Shown here one piece after another: positions 1 through 9,982 of a stretch of DNA of 64,000 nt. Under the pieces are notes generated by a model. That model searched no databases. It saw nothing but the letters and a program-made list of their open reading frames with translations, and had not been told where the DNA came from. Source of the stretch: an uncultured bacterium. GTDB lineage: Bacteria > Bacillota_I > Bacilli_A > RF39 > UBA660. The stretch's first letter is position 1. Every line of letters starts with the position of its first letter. The stretch covers positions 4,234-68,233 of the forward strand of contig CASFOW010000045.1 in the NCBI GenBank assembly GCA_949296705.1, given 5' to 3'. Both the position numbers and the translations under genes were made by a program.

Positions 1-1
1 A

Positions 2-331
2 GAAATAAAGTGTATCTGTGGTATTTTACAAATGCTTGCCCGTTTAACTTTTATTGAGGGAGAAATTTTTAAACCTTATGAATATTTGTATTCTGGACAA
101 ATAGAGGGAATTGATACGAAAATGCATTCTAATATTACGGGATTTATTACGATTCCTGATCCTCAACTTCAAGAGATTAACACACCTAATGGTAAGGTTA
201 GTTTTGTTGAATTAATTGGTGTTACTAATAATGAACTATTGGCTATTATAGATAAACAGTTAACTGTAAAAGAGTTATATGAGAAATTAGGTAGTGATGT
301 TACTAGTTATCATCGTAGTTCTCTTGTATAG
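2..331 (+). CDS. hypothetical protein, probably 5'-partial (reading frame is open to the window edge)
   Basis: ORF 32..331 has no in-frame stop upstream to position 2. No recognisable motif. Confidence 0.3.
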   Translation, partial: EIKCICGILQMLARLTFIEGEIFKPYEYLYSGQIEGIDTKMHSNITGFITIPDPQLQEINTPNGKVSFVELIGVTNNELLAIIDKQLTVKELYEKLGSDVTSYHRSSLV

Positions 332-1296
332 AAATAATAAACACGGGTGTTCGTATTTTGGCTATGACTAGTAAGAAAGTGATAACCTTTTTATATTTAT
401 GTAAAATTTTGCATGATAATATATTAGGAATTTTCTTTGAATAGAAAAATAAAAAAATAAGAATTTTATAATTTACTTAATTTACGCAACAGGGTTTTGG
501 TGTAACCCTACTAATAATTAACACTAACGGAAGAATAGCTGGGTAAAGATGTATCAAAGTTATCTATTTCAATTTTTATTTTATCGAAGTAATTAACCAA
601 TGATTTAAATTCAAGAAATATTTGGTTGTACAAGAGTAGTTTATAATCATTATCTTGAAAAAGGAAAGAAAATGTTCAAGTTCCTTTGACAAGATTAAAA
701 ATTTGCTAGTAGGTTTTCATCATTACCGGCTGGGCGGATGGCTGGTGAGGTTGAGCTATTTTCCAGTTCTTTGGTTTCTTATTCAATATGATTTTTTTGT
801 AGCTAAATATTTCTCTTCTTTGGAAACTTGTTCTATCTTTTAATGAATACTAATTATAAATTCTTTGATCTTTTTGATGTGTAGACCGGATTTTTTAGTC
901 ATTCAATTACTTGTGGGAATTCAAAAGTTTTATTATTAAATTTTTTAATATTTCGGAAATCTTTTATTGTATCTATTAATAATTTCTTATTATTGTAGTA
1001 TTAAAGGGTAGGAATAGGTAAATTTACTGTTTTGATGATTTCTGATTGTATACGTAGGGTATCTTCTTTTGTTAGAAACTTTCGTTAGAAAAATAAAATG
1101 TTTGACTTAAAATTAACTATAAAATGATGAGGGTAGTGTGTAGATAAAAAGACTAATTGAATAGAGGTTGAAGAAAATTAGAAGAATACTTTATCCGGTA
1201 TAATCTTGAGATCAATATTTAGATAATTCTTTTTTGGAAAAGATTTTGATATTTCTTGGCAGTGTGTTATACTATTCACGGAAATGTGGGGATATC

Positions 1297-2385
1297 ATGA
1301 CATTACGTGAATATATACAAGTAAATAAAAATGTGACGTTTAATGAGATGCCTTTTAATGAGGTGGATAATCTTTTACTTTCTGAACTTAGCTATATTAA
1401 TTTTGATTTGTTTATGCCTTTTTCTGAAAAAGAAAAGATATCTTTAAAAATGTTAGCTACTTTATTTTTTAATCGCTATACACCAAAAGATATCAAAAGA
1501 TTACGAACCGCCCCTTCAATTCAAAAAATTATTTCGTATTTTAAATTGATGGCATCATCAAAAAGATATCAGGATATTTTAATTTATAATTATGTTAATG
1601 AAGTAGAAGAGCGTACGCAATTTGGTGCTATGTCAATGTTACTTGGGGATGGAACCATTTATATTGCATTTGAAGGAACAGATGATTCTATATATGGATG
1701 GAAAGAAGATTTTAAATTGTCTTATCAGTTTCCTGTGGTCGCTCAACAAAAAGCTGCTGAATATTTAGATAAAACTATTTCTTTTTTTGGACCTAAAGTA
1801 CGAATTGGTGGCCATTCCAAAGGTGGTAATTTAGCGATGGCTGGATACATGTTATGTGATTTTTGGACACGGCGCAAAATTATTGAAATTTATAATAATG
1901 ATGGCCCTGGGTTTCGCAAAAAAGAATATGAATCGAAAATGTATCGCCATATGTTAAGAAAATTACGGATGTTTGTTCCAGAAGAGAGTATGGTTGGTAT
2001 GCTTTTAAGACATCCTAAGGATTATACTGTAGTAAAAAGTAGTTATCGCGGATTTCTACAGCATGATGGAGTCAGCTGGCTAGTTGGGAAAAATAAATTT
2101 TTACGGGGAAAATTATCTCTTAGAAGTAAAAAATTTGAGCGACGGTTTACTCGTTGGATTTATCGTTATGATGATGAAAAACGAGAAAAAATCGTCTTGG
2201 CATTGTTTTCCATTTTTGAACGAGCTGAAGTTAGGGGACTTAGCGAATTGAAAATTACTAAAATAAATAAGTTGATTGCTTTGGTTAAAGAAAATAGACA
2301 TATGGATAAAGAAACCAGAAAGTTGTTAGTGGATTCTTTTAAAGATTTACTTTTATCAAAGGATAACGATAATATTGATGGGTAG
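1297..2385 (+). CDS. alpha/beta-hydrolase, lipase-like (DUF2974/Mbeg1-like); GHSKGG nucleophile-elbow motif
   Basis: Motif IGGHSKGGNLAMAG (GxSxG lipase elbow). Start moved from 1234 to 1297 because an extended -10 (tgtTATACT, ~1262-1270) and a GGGG RBS precede the ATG at 1297. Confidence 0.55.
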   Translation: MTLREYIQVNKNVTFNEMPFNEVDNLLLSELSYINFDLFMPFSEKEKISLKMLATLFFNRYTPKDIKRLRTAPSIQKIISYFKLMASSKRYQDILIYNYVNEVEERTQFGAMSMLLGDGTIYIAFEGTDDSIYGWKEDFKLSYQFPVVAQQKAAEYLDKTISFFGPKVRIGGHSKGGNLAMAGYMLCDFWTRRKIIEIYNNDGPGFRKKEYESKMYRHMLRKLRMFVPEESMVGMLLRHPKDYTVVKSSYRGFLQHDGVSWLVGKNKFLRGKLSLRSKKFERRFTRWIYRYDDEKREKIVLALFSIFERAEVRGLSELKITKINKLIALVKENRHMDKETRKLLVDSFKDLLLSKDNDNIDG

Positions 2386-2556
2386 AGTTTTGATAGTTAA
2401 TGGTTAGTATTAGAGGATATTTATAAAAATAAATCATTGATGCCATAGTAAATAGCTAATTAACATTGATAAAAAAGTCTTTAGAAATTTAGTTTATTTT
2501 CTTTTTTCTTTTCTTGTACTATGATATAATAAAAAAGAATATATGGGAGGCAATGT

Positions 2557-5313
2557 ATGGATAGTAATATGGATTTTAGGTTTTCTTCTAATTCGGATAA
2601 TGGTAATAAAGAACATCAGAATCGCTTTATTTTTTCTGATGATTATTATGATTCTATCGCTTCTTCTGAATCTGAAACCCCAATTAAACCTGTTGATGCA
2701 CCGGTAAAATTTACTGGTACTGGACCTTCATTAATGGATATTGCCTCTAATGAGCAACAGAAATTTTCTATATCAGAAACACCATCTACTACTGTTTCGG
2801 CACCACCTTCTGTTTATAACGCCAATAATTTTACAACAGACAATCCTAATGTTTCGCAGGCGAGTAGTTTTGAGCAAGTAGTTCATAATGATTATAATTC
2901 TTCAACTGAAGATAATCAAAATGTATTTGACTTTTTTGGTCATAATGCACATACTGATTTAAACGAAGATAAGGCTATTGAAGAAGTAGCTTTTGACTCT
3001 GTAGCCGTTGCTCAGGAAGATCGTACTAAAAAATCCTTTTTAAATACCTTAGAAGATAAACTTACAAACAGAAGAAAAAATTCTGCGCCTAGTTTAGAAG
3101 TGGTTCACGTTGGAAATCTTTCTCCTATTCATCAAGAGGAAGAAGAAAATCATTTAGCTAATGAAGATTTATCCTCTTCTTTAACCCCACCTCAAATTCA
3201 GCCGGATATCCAAAGTCAACAAGATTTATCTACTCAAATGGATGCTCAGCTTCAATCTCAAATTCCTCCTTCTGATGAGAGTCAATCGTTAAATTCAACT
3301 GAATTTCAATCACAACCCATTTCCGTTACTGTAACAGGTGTTTCTACACCGGAATTTAACACTGCTGTTTCTGGATTAAAACAAGAATATAATTTGAATG
3401 AAAGTAGTAGTTTTGCGGATACAGCTACTCCTGATGAAAAAATAGAAGTTCCCAAAACAGATACTGCATCCTCCTTGCCACTAACTTTTAAACAGAATCA
3501 GGAAGAGGAGAAAGCTCCTATGGATTTTCTACTAAAAAAAGAGGATATTCCTACAATAGAAAAGAATGTACAGTATGATCAAAAAAATGCTAATATTTTG
3601 GATTTTTCTTCTTTTCGTAATGCCGATACCCCAGCACAGTTTATTACGAATCAAGAACCTAATATACGAGTAGAAGCAGATAAAAATTCATTTCAACAAT
3701 TAGTGGTTCCTGATTTTATGTCTGGTACGGTAAAGACTGATGACTTAAATATCGCAACCGGTGTTAATGAGGAATTAGAAAAAGAATTGATGCGTCAAAA
3801 ACAGGAAGAGGAAGAAGAAAAAAGGAAACTTTTAGCCACACAACAAGGATATGATTTATACAAAAAAGATGAACCAAAAACTGAATTGATTTATAAAGCT
3901 GGAGGAAAGAGTATCATTCGTGAGAAAAGAGAAAAGCCTAAAAATACTTTTTCCCCAACTTCAATTTCCACCTCAGAATCTTCAAATTCTATTCCTAGTG
4001 TAGAGAAAGTTCAGGAAGAATTTCAAAATGATGGTCAAGCGAAAAATGCAACAGCTAGTAATATAAATACTACAGATATTTCTTCTAATTCAGCTATTGT
4101 TGATATAGATCAACAATTAAAAAAGAATAAAACTCCATCAACTGATGCCGAAAGCATTCAAGACTTAATTGAACAAATTGTTGGTGTTCCTGATTTAGAT
4201 TCAGTAGTAGTTCCTATTGATCCTAAGGCTAATCCTGGTGTAAATTTTAGAATGGAACCGATTAAAGAAGAAAAAGAAGTAGAAGAAGAAGCACCAACCA
4301 ATGTTTATGATGAAGAAAAAGATAATTTTGATTATGACCAAAGCTTTACTAATGTAAAAGTACATCTTTCTGAATTGTTGCCAAAATTGAAGGAAAAAGC
4401 TACTCAGGAGGGAAAAATAAGTATTCTTGCTCGTTATGGTGAAGATTTTTGTGCGAAAGAATATATTACTAACCCAGCAATTGGGCGAGCAGAAGAAATT
4501 AAACAATTAATTTTAATTTTATTGACTCCAGAAAAGTCAGGAATATTGGTTGGTAAGCCCGGAATTGGAAAGACAAGTATTGTTGAAGGTTTAGCTTATC
4601 AATTACAAAGAGATAATGTACCTGATGCTTTGAAGGGGTACTGTATTGTTAGTGTAAAAACACCTTCTCTACTTGGTACATTGCCAACTGGCGAAACAAG
4701 ATTACAAACTTTAGTAGATGAACTTAAGGGTTTAGAAAAAATTATTCTCTTTATTGACGAAATTCATATGTTGATTGGTTCTACTAATGAATCGGCAATG
4801 GACTTTGCCAATATGTTTAAGGAAAGTTTAGGTCGCGGTAGTATTAAAGTAATTGGTGCTACGACAACTGAGGAATATGAACGTTATATTTTACGAGATA
4901 AGGCTTTTGTTAGACGGTTTCAAAAAGTAGAGGTAGCTGAACCAGATCGTGAGATGACGATTAAAATTTTAATGGGAACGCTACCTAAGATAGAAAAAAC
5001 TACAGGGGCGAAATTAAAATATACGCAGTTTGTCCAATCAGAAATTATGGCTTTTATTGTCGATATTACTTCTGAATACAAGCGAATTTATGGAATTGGA
5101 TCAAGGTACCCAGATATTTGCTTGACGTTACTTGCCCAAGCTTTTTCTCAAGCAGTTTTTGCTAATCGAAAAGAAGTAACCATTATTGATGTTAGAAAAG
5201 CAATTGAAAATTCGAAAAATATTTATCCAGATGTGATTAAAAAAGAATTGGTGCGTTTTGATCAGAAGTTTAAGGATATTATTCAAGAAGAAGAAGGATC
5301 AAAAGATAATTAA
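2557..5313 (+). CDS. Clp/Hsp100-family AAA+ ATPase, single NBD1-like module, with ~600-aa low-complexity acidic S/T/Q-rich N-terminal region
   Basis: C-terminal ~300 aa match ClpA/B/C NBD1: Walker A VGKPGIGKTSIVEGLA, Walker B ILFIDEIHMLIGS, sensor region IGATTTEEYERYILRDKAFVRRFQKVEVAEPD. The N-terminus has no domain signature. RBS GGGAGG sits before the ATG. Confidence 0.6.
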   Translation: MDSNMDFRFSSNSDNGNKEHQNRFIFSDDYYDSIASSESETPIKPVDAPVKFTGTGPSLMDIASNEQQKFSISETPSTTVSAPPSVYNANNFTTDNPNVSQASSFEQVVHNDYNSSTEDNQNVFDFFGHNAHTDLNEDKAIEEVAFDSVAVAQEDRTKKSFLNTLEDKLTNRRKNSAPSLEVVHVGNLSPIHQEEEENHLANEDLSSSLTPPQIQPDIQSQQDLSTQMDAQLQSQIPPSDESQSLNSTEFQSQPISVTVTGVSTPEFNTAVSGLKQEYNLNESSSFADTATPDEKIEVPKTDTASSLPLTFKQNQEEEKAPMDFLLKKEDIPTIEKNVQYDQKNANILDFSSFRNADTPAQFITNQEPNIRVEADKNSFQQLVVPDFMSGTVKTDDLNIATGVNEELEKELMRQKQEEEEEKRKLLATQQGYDLYKKDEPKTELIYKAGGKSIIREKREKPKNTFSPTSISTSESSNSIPSVEKVQEEFQNDGQAKNATASNINTTDISSNSAIVDIDQQLKKNKTPSTDAESIQDLIEQIVGVPDLDSVVVPIDPKANPGVNFRMEPIKEEKEVEEEAPTNVYDEEKDNFDYDQSFTNVKVHLSELLPKLKEKATQEGKISILARYGEDFCAKEYITNPAIGRAEEIKQLILILLTPEKSGILVGKPGIGKTSIVEGLAYQLQRDNVPDALKGYCIVSVKTPSLLGTLPTGETRLQTLVDELKGLEKIILFIDEIHMLIGSTNESAMDFANMFKESLGRGSIKVIGATTTEEYERYILRDKAFVRRFQKVEVAEPDREMTIKILMGTLPKIEKTTGAKLKYTQFVQSEIMAFIVDITSEYKRIYGIGSRYPDICLTLLAQAFSQAVFANRKEVTIIDVRKAIENSKNIYPDVIKKELVRFDQKFKDIIQEEEGSKDN

Positions 5314-5486
5314 GTGGATTATAAATTTTTAAAAGAATACTATTAGAATGAATAAAGAACTTGAAATTGTTAAGCAGAATAAAAAAGTTATTAATAGTAT
5401 TCTTTTTAGTATTTTATTGCACAAGTATAAAAGTTATTTTAACAAAGAAATATTGCTTACTAGCGAATATTTTTTTCAAAAAAAGA

Positions 5487-5508
5487 AGAAATACGTATTG
5501 GTATTTCT
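5487..5508. terminator. bidirectional rho-independent terminator candidate between convergent genes
   Basis: 8-bp stem agaaatac/gtatttct with a 6-nt loop. A-run upstream and T-rich tract downstream. Confidence 0.4.
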
Positions 5509-5541
5509 GAACATTTCTATTTTTATAAATCAACTTTTCTT

Positions 5542-5919
5542 TTATCTTGGTTCTATTTTTGTTTGGCTATAGTAATCATAGAGTTCTTTAAATCGTTGAA
5601 AATGTACGATTTCTCTTTGCCTTAGCCATAATAGTGGACCAATGACATCGGGATCATCAGTCAAATCGATTAAGTTCTCATACACTGCCCGCGCCTTTTG
5701 TTCCGCAGCCATATCCTCAGATAAATCAGCTAAATAATCACCAGTAGTGGCTACATAAGTAATGGTGAATGGTACTCCGTTTGCATCAGTAGGATACAAT
5801 GAACGATTATGTTCGGCATAGTGACTAGCCAAACCAGCTTTTTCTATTTCGTCGATTGTCGCATTTTTCATTAATTGATATACCATGGTAGATATCATTT
5901 CGATATGAGCAAATTCTTC
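5542..5919 (-). CDS. cotJC: manganese catalase (CotJC family), C-terminal fragment. The gene is split by the prophage insertion and the N-terminal fragment lies at 39712..39957.
   Basis: Translation ..EEFAHIEMISTMVYQLMKNATIDEIEKAGL..YENLIDLTDDP matches the CotJC-type Mn-catalase C-terminal half. The reading frame continues upstream of the Met at 5898 to the att core (ttcttc, 5914-5919). Confidence 0.7.
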   Translation of the reverse strand, partial: EEFAHIEMISTMVYQLMKNATIDEIEKAGLASHYAEHNRSLYPTDANGVPFTITYVATTGDYLADLSEDMAAEQKARAVYENLIDLTDDPDVIGPLLWLRQREIVHFQRFKELYDYYSQTKIEPR

Positions 5920-5938
5920 AGCTCACACACGATGGACA

Positions 5939-7456
5939 TTATAATTTAATTTCTATTCTTAATTCAAATTCATCTTCATGTCCTTTTCCTTTTACCTTTT
6001 TTATATAGTATACTCTTTTTATAATTGATTTTAAAAGGTTGTTTCTTTCTACGGCGGGTAGGTTAGTTGAATAATTTTTTAATACGTTGTTTAATTTAGG
6101 TATTATATTTTTTATTTTTTCTATTTTATTTTGCTTAGATTTTAAAGAATATTTTTCTTTTTCAATTTCTAAGCTGTTTATTTTTTCTTTTAATAATTTA
6201 CTTCTTTCTAAAAAAGTCTGATTATCATATAATCCTTGTTCTAATAAATCATAAGCCTTATTTAATTGTGATTTATTTTTTTCGATTTCTTTTTCAATTA
6301 ATTCTACATTATTAGTATCGAATTCTTGCGTTAGCGGTTCTTTTTGATATGTTGCTAAGGTTTTCTCATATTCCTTGGAATAGAGCTTTAAAGTATCTAA
6401 AATGCGCTCTTCGACTAGATATAAGTGCGATCCTATATTTTGGCAATGAGGAAGAGGACAGATTAATCCATCTATATGCCCAGAACGATAATTTCGTCTT
6501 ATCATTGTCCGATGGCAAATTCCGCATTCAATTAATCCAGCTAATGGATTTTGTAGACTTAAATTTTTTTTCACGGACTTTCCTTCTTTCACTTTTGATT
6601 TTTCATTAGCTAATTTCCATAATTCTTCTGACACAATTTCTTCATGTAATCCTTTAACTAAAGTAAAGTCTGTATGCTTTGGTCTGGATTTATATACAAT
6701 TCCATTTATCATACGCTTTTCTGTTTTTCTGTAATTCCATTTAATCATCCCATAATAGACTTCATTTTGAATGATATTTCTAATGCTAGCAGAAACCCAT
6801 ACTTCACTTTTTCTAGGAATAGAGCCAATTTTATTTAAATGATTAGCAATATTAGAAGCTCCTACTCCTTGAGAAGCAAGTTCAAATATTAATTTTACAA
6901 TTTTTGCTTCTTCTGGATTTAAAATCAATTTATAGCCTTTTTGACCTTTTAATTTTTCTTTAGTGTAGCCATACGGGCAAATAGAGCCTACAAATTTTCC
7001 CTCATTAACAGAAGCTAATCTGCCTCGACTTAGTCGTCTATTAATGGTTTTATATTCTCTTCTAGACATAAATAAGCCGAATTCAAAGTATTCTTCATCA
7101 GCTTCGTTATTTGGATCATATATTTTGGTTGGCGTAATTATTTTGGTGGTTGAAAAAGAAAATGATTTTGAAATCCTCGATTGATCGGCTGTATCTCCAC
7201 GCGCTAATCTATCTACATCTACTACAAATATGCCATCAAAGATGCCTTGCTCGACTTCTAATAGCATTTTTTGAATTTCTGGTCTTGCTTCTATTGTTTC
7301 TCCAGAAACAATTTCTTGATACCATTTCTCGATAGTTATATTCATTAATTTTGCAGTTCTAAGAATTAAATCTCTATGCCTTTTTAATGTATCCTCTCCG
7401 GTTGCTTTTTCTAATTCTAAATCAGCTCTAGACTTTCTTAAATATGCACCATACAT
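5939..7456 (-). CDS. large serine recombinase (phage integrase, SpoIVCA/SprA-like)
   Basis: N-terminal resolvase domain (YLRKSRAD..., VVDVDRLARG). Central recombinase domain with zinc ribbon CGICHRTMIRRNYRSGHIDGLICPLPHC. Coiled-coil C-terminus. 505 aa, adjacent to attL. Confidence 0.85.
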   Translation of the reverse strand: MYGAYLRKSRADLELEKATGEDTLKRHRDLILRTAKLMNITIEKWYQEIVSGETIEARPEIQKMLLEVEQGIFDGIFVVDVDRLARGDTADQSRISKSFSFSTTKIITPTKIYDPNNEADEEYFEFGLFMSRREYKTINRRLSRGRLASVNEGKFVGSICPYGYTKEKLKGQKGYKLILNPEEAKIVKLIFELASQGVGASNIANHLNKIGSIPRKSEVWVSASIRNIIQNEVYYGMIKWNYRKTEKRMINGIVYKSRPKHTDFTLVKGLHEEIVSEELWKLANEKSKVKEGKSVKKNLSLQNPLAGLIECGICHRTMIRRNYRSGHIDGLICPLPHCQNIGSHLYLVEERILDTLKLYSKEYEKTLATYQKEPLTQEFDTNNVELIEKEIEKNKSQLNKAYDLLEQGLYDNQTFLERSKLLKEKINSLEIEKEKYSLKSKQNKIEKIKNIIPKLNNVLKNYSTNLPAVERNNLLKSIIKRVYYIKKVKGKGHEDEFELRIEIKL

Positions 7457-7598
7457 TTAATATAGCACTTCCTTTCTTAATTTTATTGATAAGAAGGCTC
7501 ATTCATGCTATAATTAAGTAGCAGAAAAGAGTCTTATCGTGGTGGATTAGATTTTATTTCTGTATATTGATCTCGTATTTGCGGTACGAGGTCTTTTT

Positions 7599-7985
7599 TT
7601 ATTTTAAATTGAATTGTTCTTTTTTGGAAACTGTTGGAAGAACGAACAAATCACCATTTGAATAGTCTGCGGTATACGTGACTAATGCATAGCCTCCATT
7701 TTCACCAATGTATTTATAAGTATAATGATAAATGTGGTCATCTTCTTCTCTTGAAAATTCTTGTACACATTTTTCATAAGTATTATCATCGTGCCATTTA
7801 TCATCCGGATCTATTATTGGATTTACATCAAAATTGCTGTCTCCGATTTGAATTTTTTCAAATTCTTCTAAACTGATGCCAGCAGTTCCGCATTTTTTAT
7901 TTTTTTCCTCTTGCGAAACGAAAACTACTATAAGAAATACAAAAGCGGAAATTCCTATAATTATTGCTTTTTTTTCATTTTTCAT
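7599..7985 (-). CDS. small membrane-anchored or secreted protein (lysogeny-module cargo)
   Basis: N-terminal hydrophobic segment KKAIIIGISAFVFLIVVFV. Sits downstream of immA in the same orientation. Confidence 0.45.
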   Translation of the reverse strand: MKNEKKAIIIGISAFVFLIVVFVSQEEKNKKCGTAGISLEEFEKIQIGDSNFDVNPIIDPDDKWHDDNTYEKCVQEFSREEDDHIYHYTYKYIGENGGYALVTYTADYSNGDLFVLPTVSKKEQFNLK

Positions 7986-7988
7986 AAA

Positions 7989-8330
7989 TTACTCCTTATT
8001 ATTTATAGATGAAATGCTAAAATTGATATTTTCCTCTAGAAACTCGATATATCTATCAGCTTCATCTTCATATTTTTCTCTTTTAAATGCTAGTAGTTTA
8101 TCGGATTGATTAAGCTGATTCAATTCGATATGAGCTAGTTCGTGAAGCAAAGTTTTTTTCTGCTTATAAAACGACATCTCACGATTAATAAATATATTCT
8201 GAATATCCTTGTATGAATATACAAATCCGTTAATACCCTTAGGCAATTTTTCGTAGGTAATGCTTGCATTATAATAATTTAATAATTCCTGTTCAGTAAT
8301 TTCATTATTTAATAAATTAATGATTTTCAT
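7989..8330 (-). CDS. immA: ImmA/IrrE-family zinc metallopeptidase (anti-repressor protease)
   Basis: HEXXH motif LLHELAHIEL. Immediately downstream of the XRE repressor, the typical immR-immA arrangement. Confidence 0.7.
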   Translation of the reverse strand: MKIINLLNNEITEQELLNYYNASITYEKLPKGINGFVYSYKDIQNIFINREMSFYKQKKTLLHELAHIELNQLNQSDKLLAFKREKYEDEADRYIEFLEENINFSISSINNKE

Positions 8331-8372
8331 ACTTAATACTCCTTCCGAAGATTAAGTCCTGTACTAGCAACT

Positions 8373-8765
8373 CTATTCTTCATTTAATTGTTTATCTATT
8401 TCTTTTTTTCTTTTTTCTATGAGAAATCTTATCATTTCTTTATCATCTTCAGTTAATATATCTTTATTTTTATCAAAAAGTAGTTCTAATTCATCAAATT
8501 TATCTACATTAAAATATTGCTCATTAGTATTTTTTAAGTTTCCTTGTGGATCTTGGACATCATCATATGCTAAATAGTCGGTCGTACATCCAAAATAATC
8601 GGCTATTTTTTTAATTTTACTAATACCAGCTTTTTCTAATCTCTCATTGTCTGAATAGTAATCCCACAAAGTAGAATAAGGAATTCCAATTTCTTCTGCT
8701 ACTTGTCTTAAACTTTTTATACCTTTTTCTTTTATAAGAAAATCTATCTTTTCTGGAAATTTCAT
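8373..8765 (-). CDS. XRE-family HTH transcriptional repressor (phage cI-like)
   Basis: HTH SLRQVAEEIGIPYSTLWDY. Divergent from a Cro-like gene. Operators lie in the intergenic region. Confidence 0.75.
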   Translation of the reverse strand: MKFPEKIDFLIKEKGIKSLRQVAEEIGIPYSTLWDYYSDNERLEKAGISKIKKIADYFGCTTDYLAYDDVQDPQGNLKNTNEQYFNVDKFDELELLFDKNKDILTEDDKEMIRFLIEKRKKEIDKQLNEE

Positions 8766-8825
8766 ATTTCACCTCATTTCACTTCAACTATATATCAAAA
8801 AAAAAGAAAAATCAATTATTTTTTA

Positions 8826-8907
8826 CGATAAATCGGATTTTTATCAAAAAAACTGTTGACAGTTACCGATATATCGGTTATTATTAAAATGTAATCCGAT
8901 ACATCGG
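8826..8907. promoter_or_regulatory. lysogeny-switch operator cluster with three related palindromes
   Basis: CGATAAATCGG (8826-8836), CCGATATATCGG (8866-8877) and CCGATACATCGG (8896-8907) in the cI/cro divergent intergenic region. Confidence 0.6.
8856..8884 (+). promoter_or_regulatory. sigma-A-type promoter for the cro-like gene (-35 TTGACA, 17-bp spacer, -10 TATTAT). The middle operator lies in the spacer.
   Basis: TTGACA at 8856-8861 and TATTAT at 8879-8884. RBS AAGGAGG lies before the ATG at 8927. Confidence 0.5.
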
Positions 8908-8926
8908 ATAAAAGGAAGGAGGAATT

Positions 8927-9160
8927 ATGTATCCAAATTTAAAAGCAGAGATGGGAAGGCTTGGTATAGAGCAAAAAGATATAGTTTTAGCTTTAAATAG
9001 TCAACCAGGAACAATTAGTTTAAAAATGTGTGAGAAAAGGGATTGGACTTTAAAAGAAACAAAAAAAATCAAGAAAATTTTTTTCCCGAATTTAACATTA
9101 GACTATTTATTTAAAACTAAATCTGAAATAGAACAAGAACAAAATACAACAAAGCAATAG
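8927..9160 (+). CDS. Cro-like XRE-family HTH regulator
   Basis: HTH IEQKDIVLALNSQPGTISLKM. First gene of the rightward early operon. Confidence 0.6.
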   Translation: MYPNLKAEMGRLGIEQKDIVLALNSQPGTISLKMCEKRDWTLKETKKIKKIFFPNLTLDYLFKTKSEIEQEQNTTKQ

Positions 9161-9282
9161 GGATAAAAGGTGTGTATGCGAGAATTTATTATTTTAGTTT
9201 TAGGAAATTTAACTGGAACTTTGATTTTTAAATTCTTAATTTGCTTTTGGAATTTATACAGAAAGAAAAAAGAGAAATAGAT

Positions 9283-9432
9283 ATGAAAATCATAATATTA
9301 ATTTTGATTTTGATAGTAGTATGCGAAGTAATTGTACTAATAAAAATAGCAAGAAGATTAAACAAAATTGAAAAGAGAATCAAAAAATTGAAAGAGAAAA
9401 GTGAGAAGTTTCCTTTTGAATTTTGGACTTAA
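9283..9432 (+). CDS. small hydrophobic phage protein
   Basis: MKIIILILILIVVCEVIVLIKIARR... RBS AAAAGAGAAAT. The start was chosen inside ORF 9241..9432. Confidence 0.3.
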   Translation: MKIIILILILIVVCEVIVLIKIARRLNKIEKRIKKLKEKSEKFPFEFWT

Positions 9433-9564
9433 TAATATCAATTTGTTTCTGGGACGAGAGATATGAATAAAATTATCACTACAACAAAACTACAACAGAT
9501 AAAAAAACCACCACGATAAGAAAAAAATAAATTCTTATTAAATATATTTTAATGAGGAGGCATT

Positions 9565-9780
9565 ATGGAATATCAATATCAAATCGGTAAATCTAAAGTA
9601 ACATTAATTTCTAATGTTACTCCCGATGAGCGTAAGCAAAATTTAAAAGATATATATGATGTAATAAATAGAATTGCCGATAGTCAACGTGAAAAAGGAA
9701 ATAATGTTGACGATTGGTTTTATACACAAGAAGAATTAGCAGAATTGAAAAAGAGTAATAGTCCTAAATTGATATATTAA
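9565..9780 (+). CDS. hypothetical phage early protein
   Basis: RBS GAGGAGG 7 nt before the ATG. 71 aa. Confidence 0.45.
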   Translation: MEYQYQIGKSKVTLISNVTPDERKQNLKDIYDVINRIADSQREKGNNVDDWFYTQEELAELKKSNSPKLIY

Positions 9781-9835
9781 TCCACATAGTTGTGGATAAA
9801 AAATTTGGACAGGCCATAGAAAGGGGGTGATGAAA

Positions 9836-9982
9836 ATGAAGAGAGAAACTATACTTAGTATTTTATTGATGATTTTATGCATTGCTGTAATTGTAGGATT
9901 TATGATTCTTGGTTCATACAGAAATCAGCAAATTCAAGATGGCGAATTAAAATTAGTTTATCAATATGGAGGGGATCTATGA
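9836..9982 (+). CDS. small membrane protein (48 aa), absent from the ORF track
   Basis: RBS AAGGGGGTGA then ATG. MKRETILSILLMILCIAVIVGFMILGSY... Confidence 0.35.
   Translation: MKRETILSILLMILCIAVIVGFMILGSYRNQQIQDGELKLVYQYGGDL

Noticed and set aside
655-843. 62-aa ORF in the long AT-rich gene-free region 332-1233
   Set aside because: No RBS and low-complexity composition. It is likely non-coding, and no convincing sRNA or riboswitch structure was seen either.
2113-2301. Antisense or alternative-frame ORFs inside larger genes, such as this one and 4201..4506(-), 6349..6609(+), 7150..7335(+), 10268..10669(+), 20367..20756(-), 27782..28309(-), 28798..28995(-), 29483..29773(-), 31828..32058(-), 43573..43755(-), 46057..46350(-), 47684..47902(-), 51218..51445(-), 57872..58084(-), 61067..61255(-)
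   Set aside because: They lie fully within well-supported longer ORFs on the other strand or frame, lack RBSs, and their compositions mirror the AT-rich codon bias. They are spurious.
5348-5572. 74-aa ORF between the Clp-like gene and the cotJC fragment
   Set aside because: It overlaps the bidirectional terminator hairpin and the 3' end of cotJC, with a low-complexity translation. Spurious.
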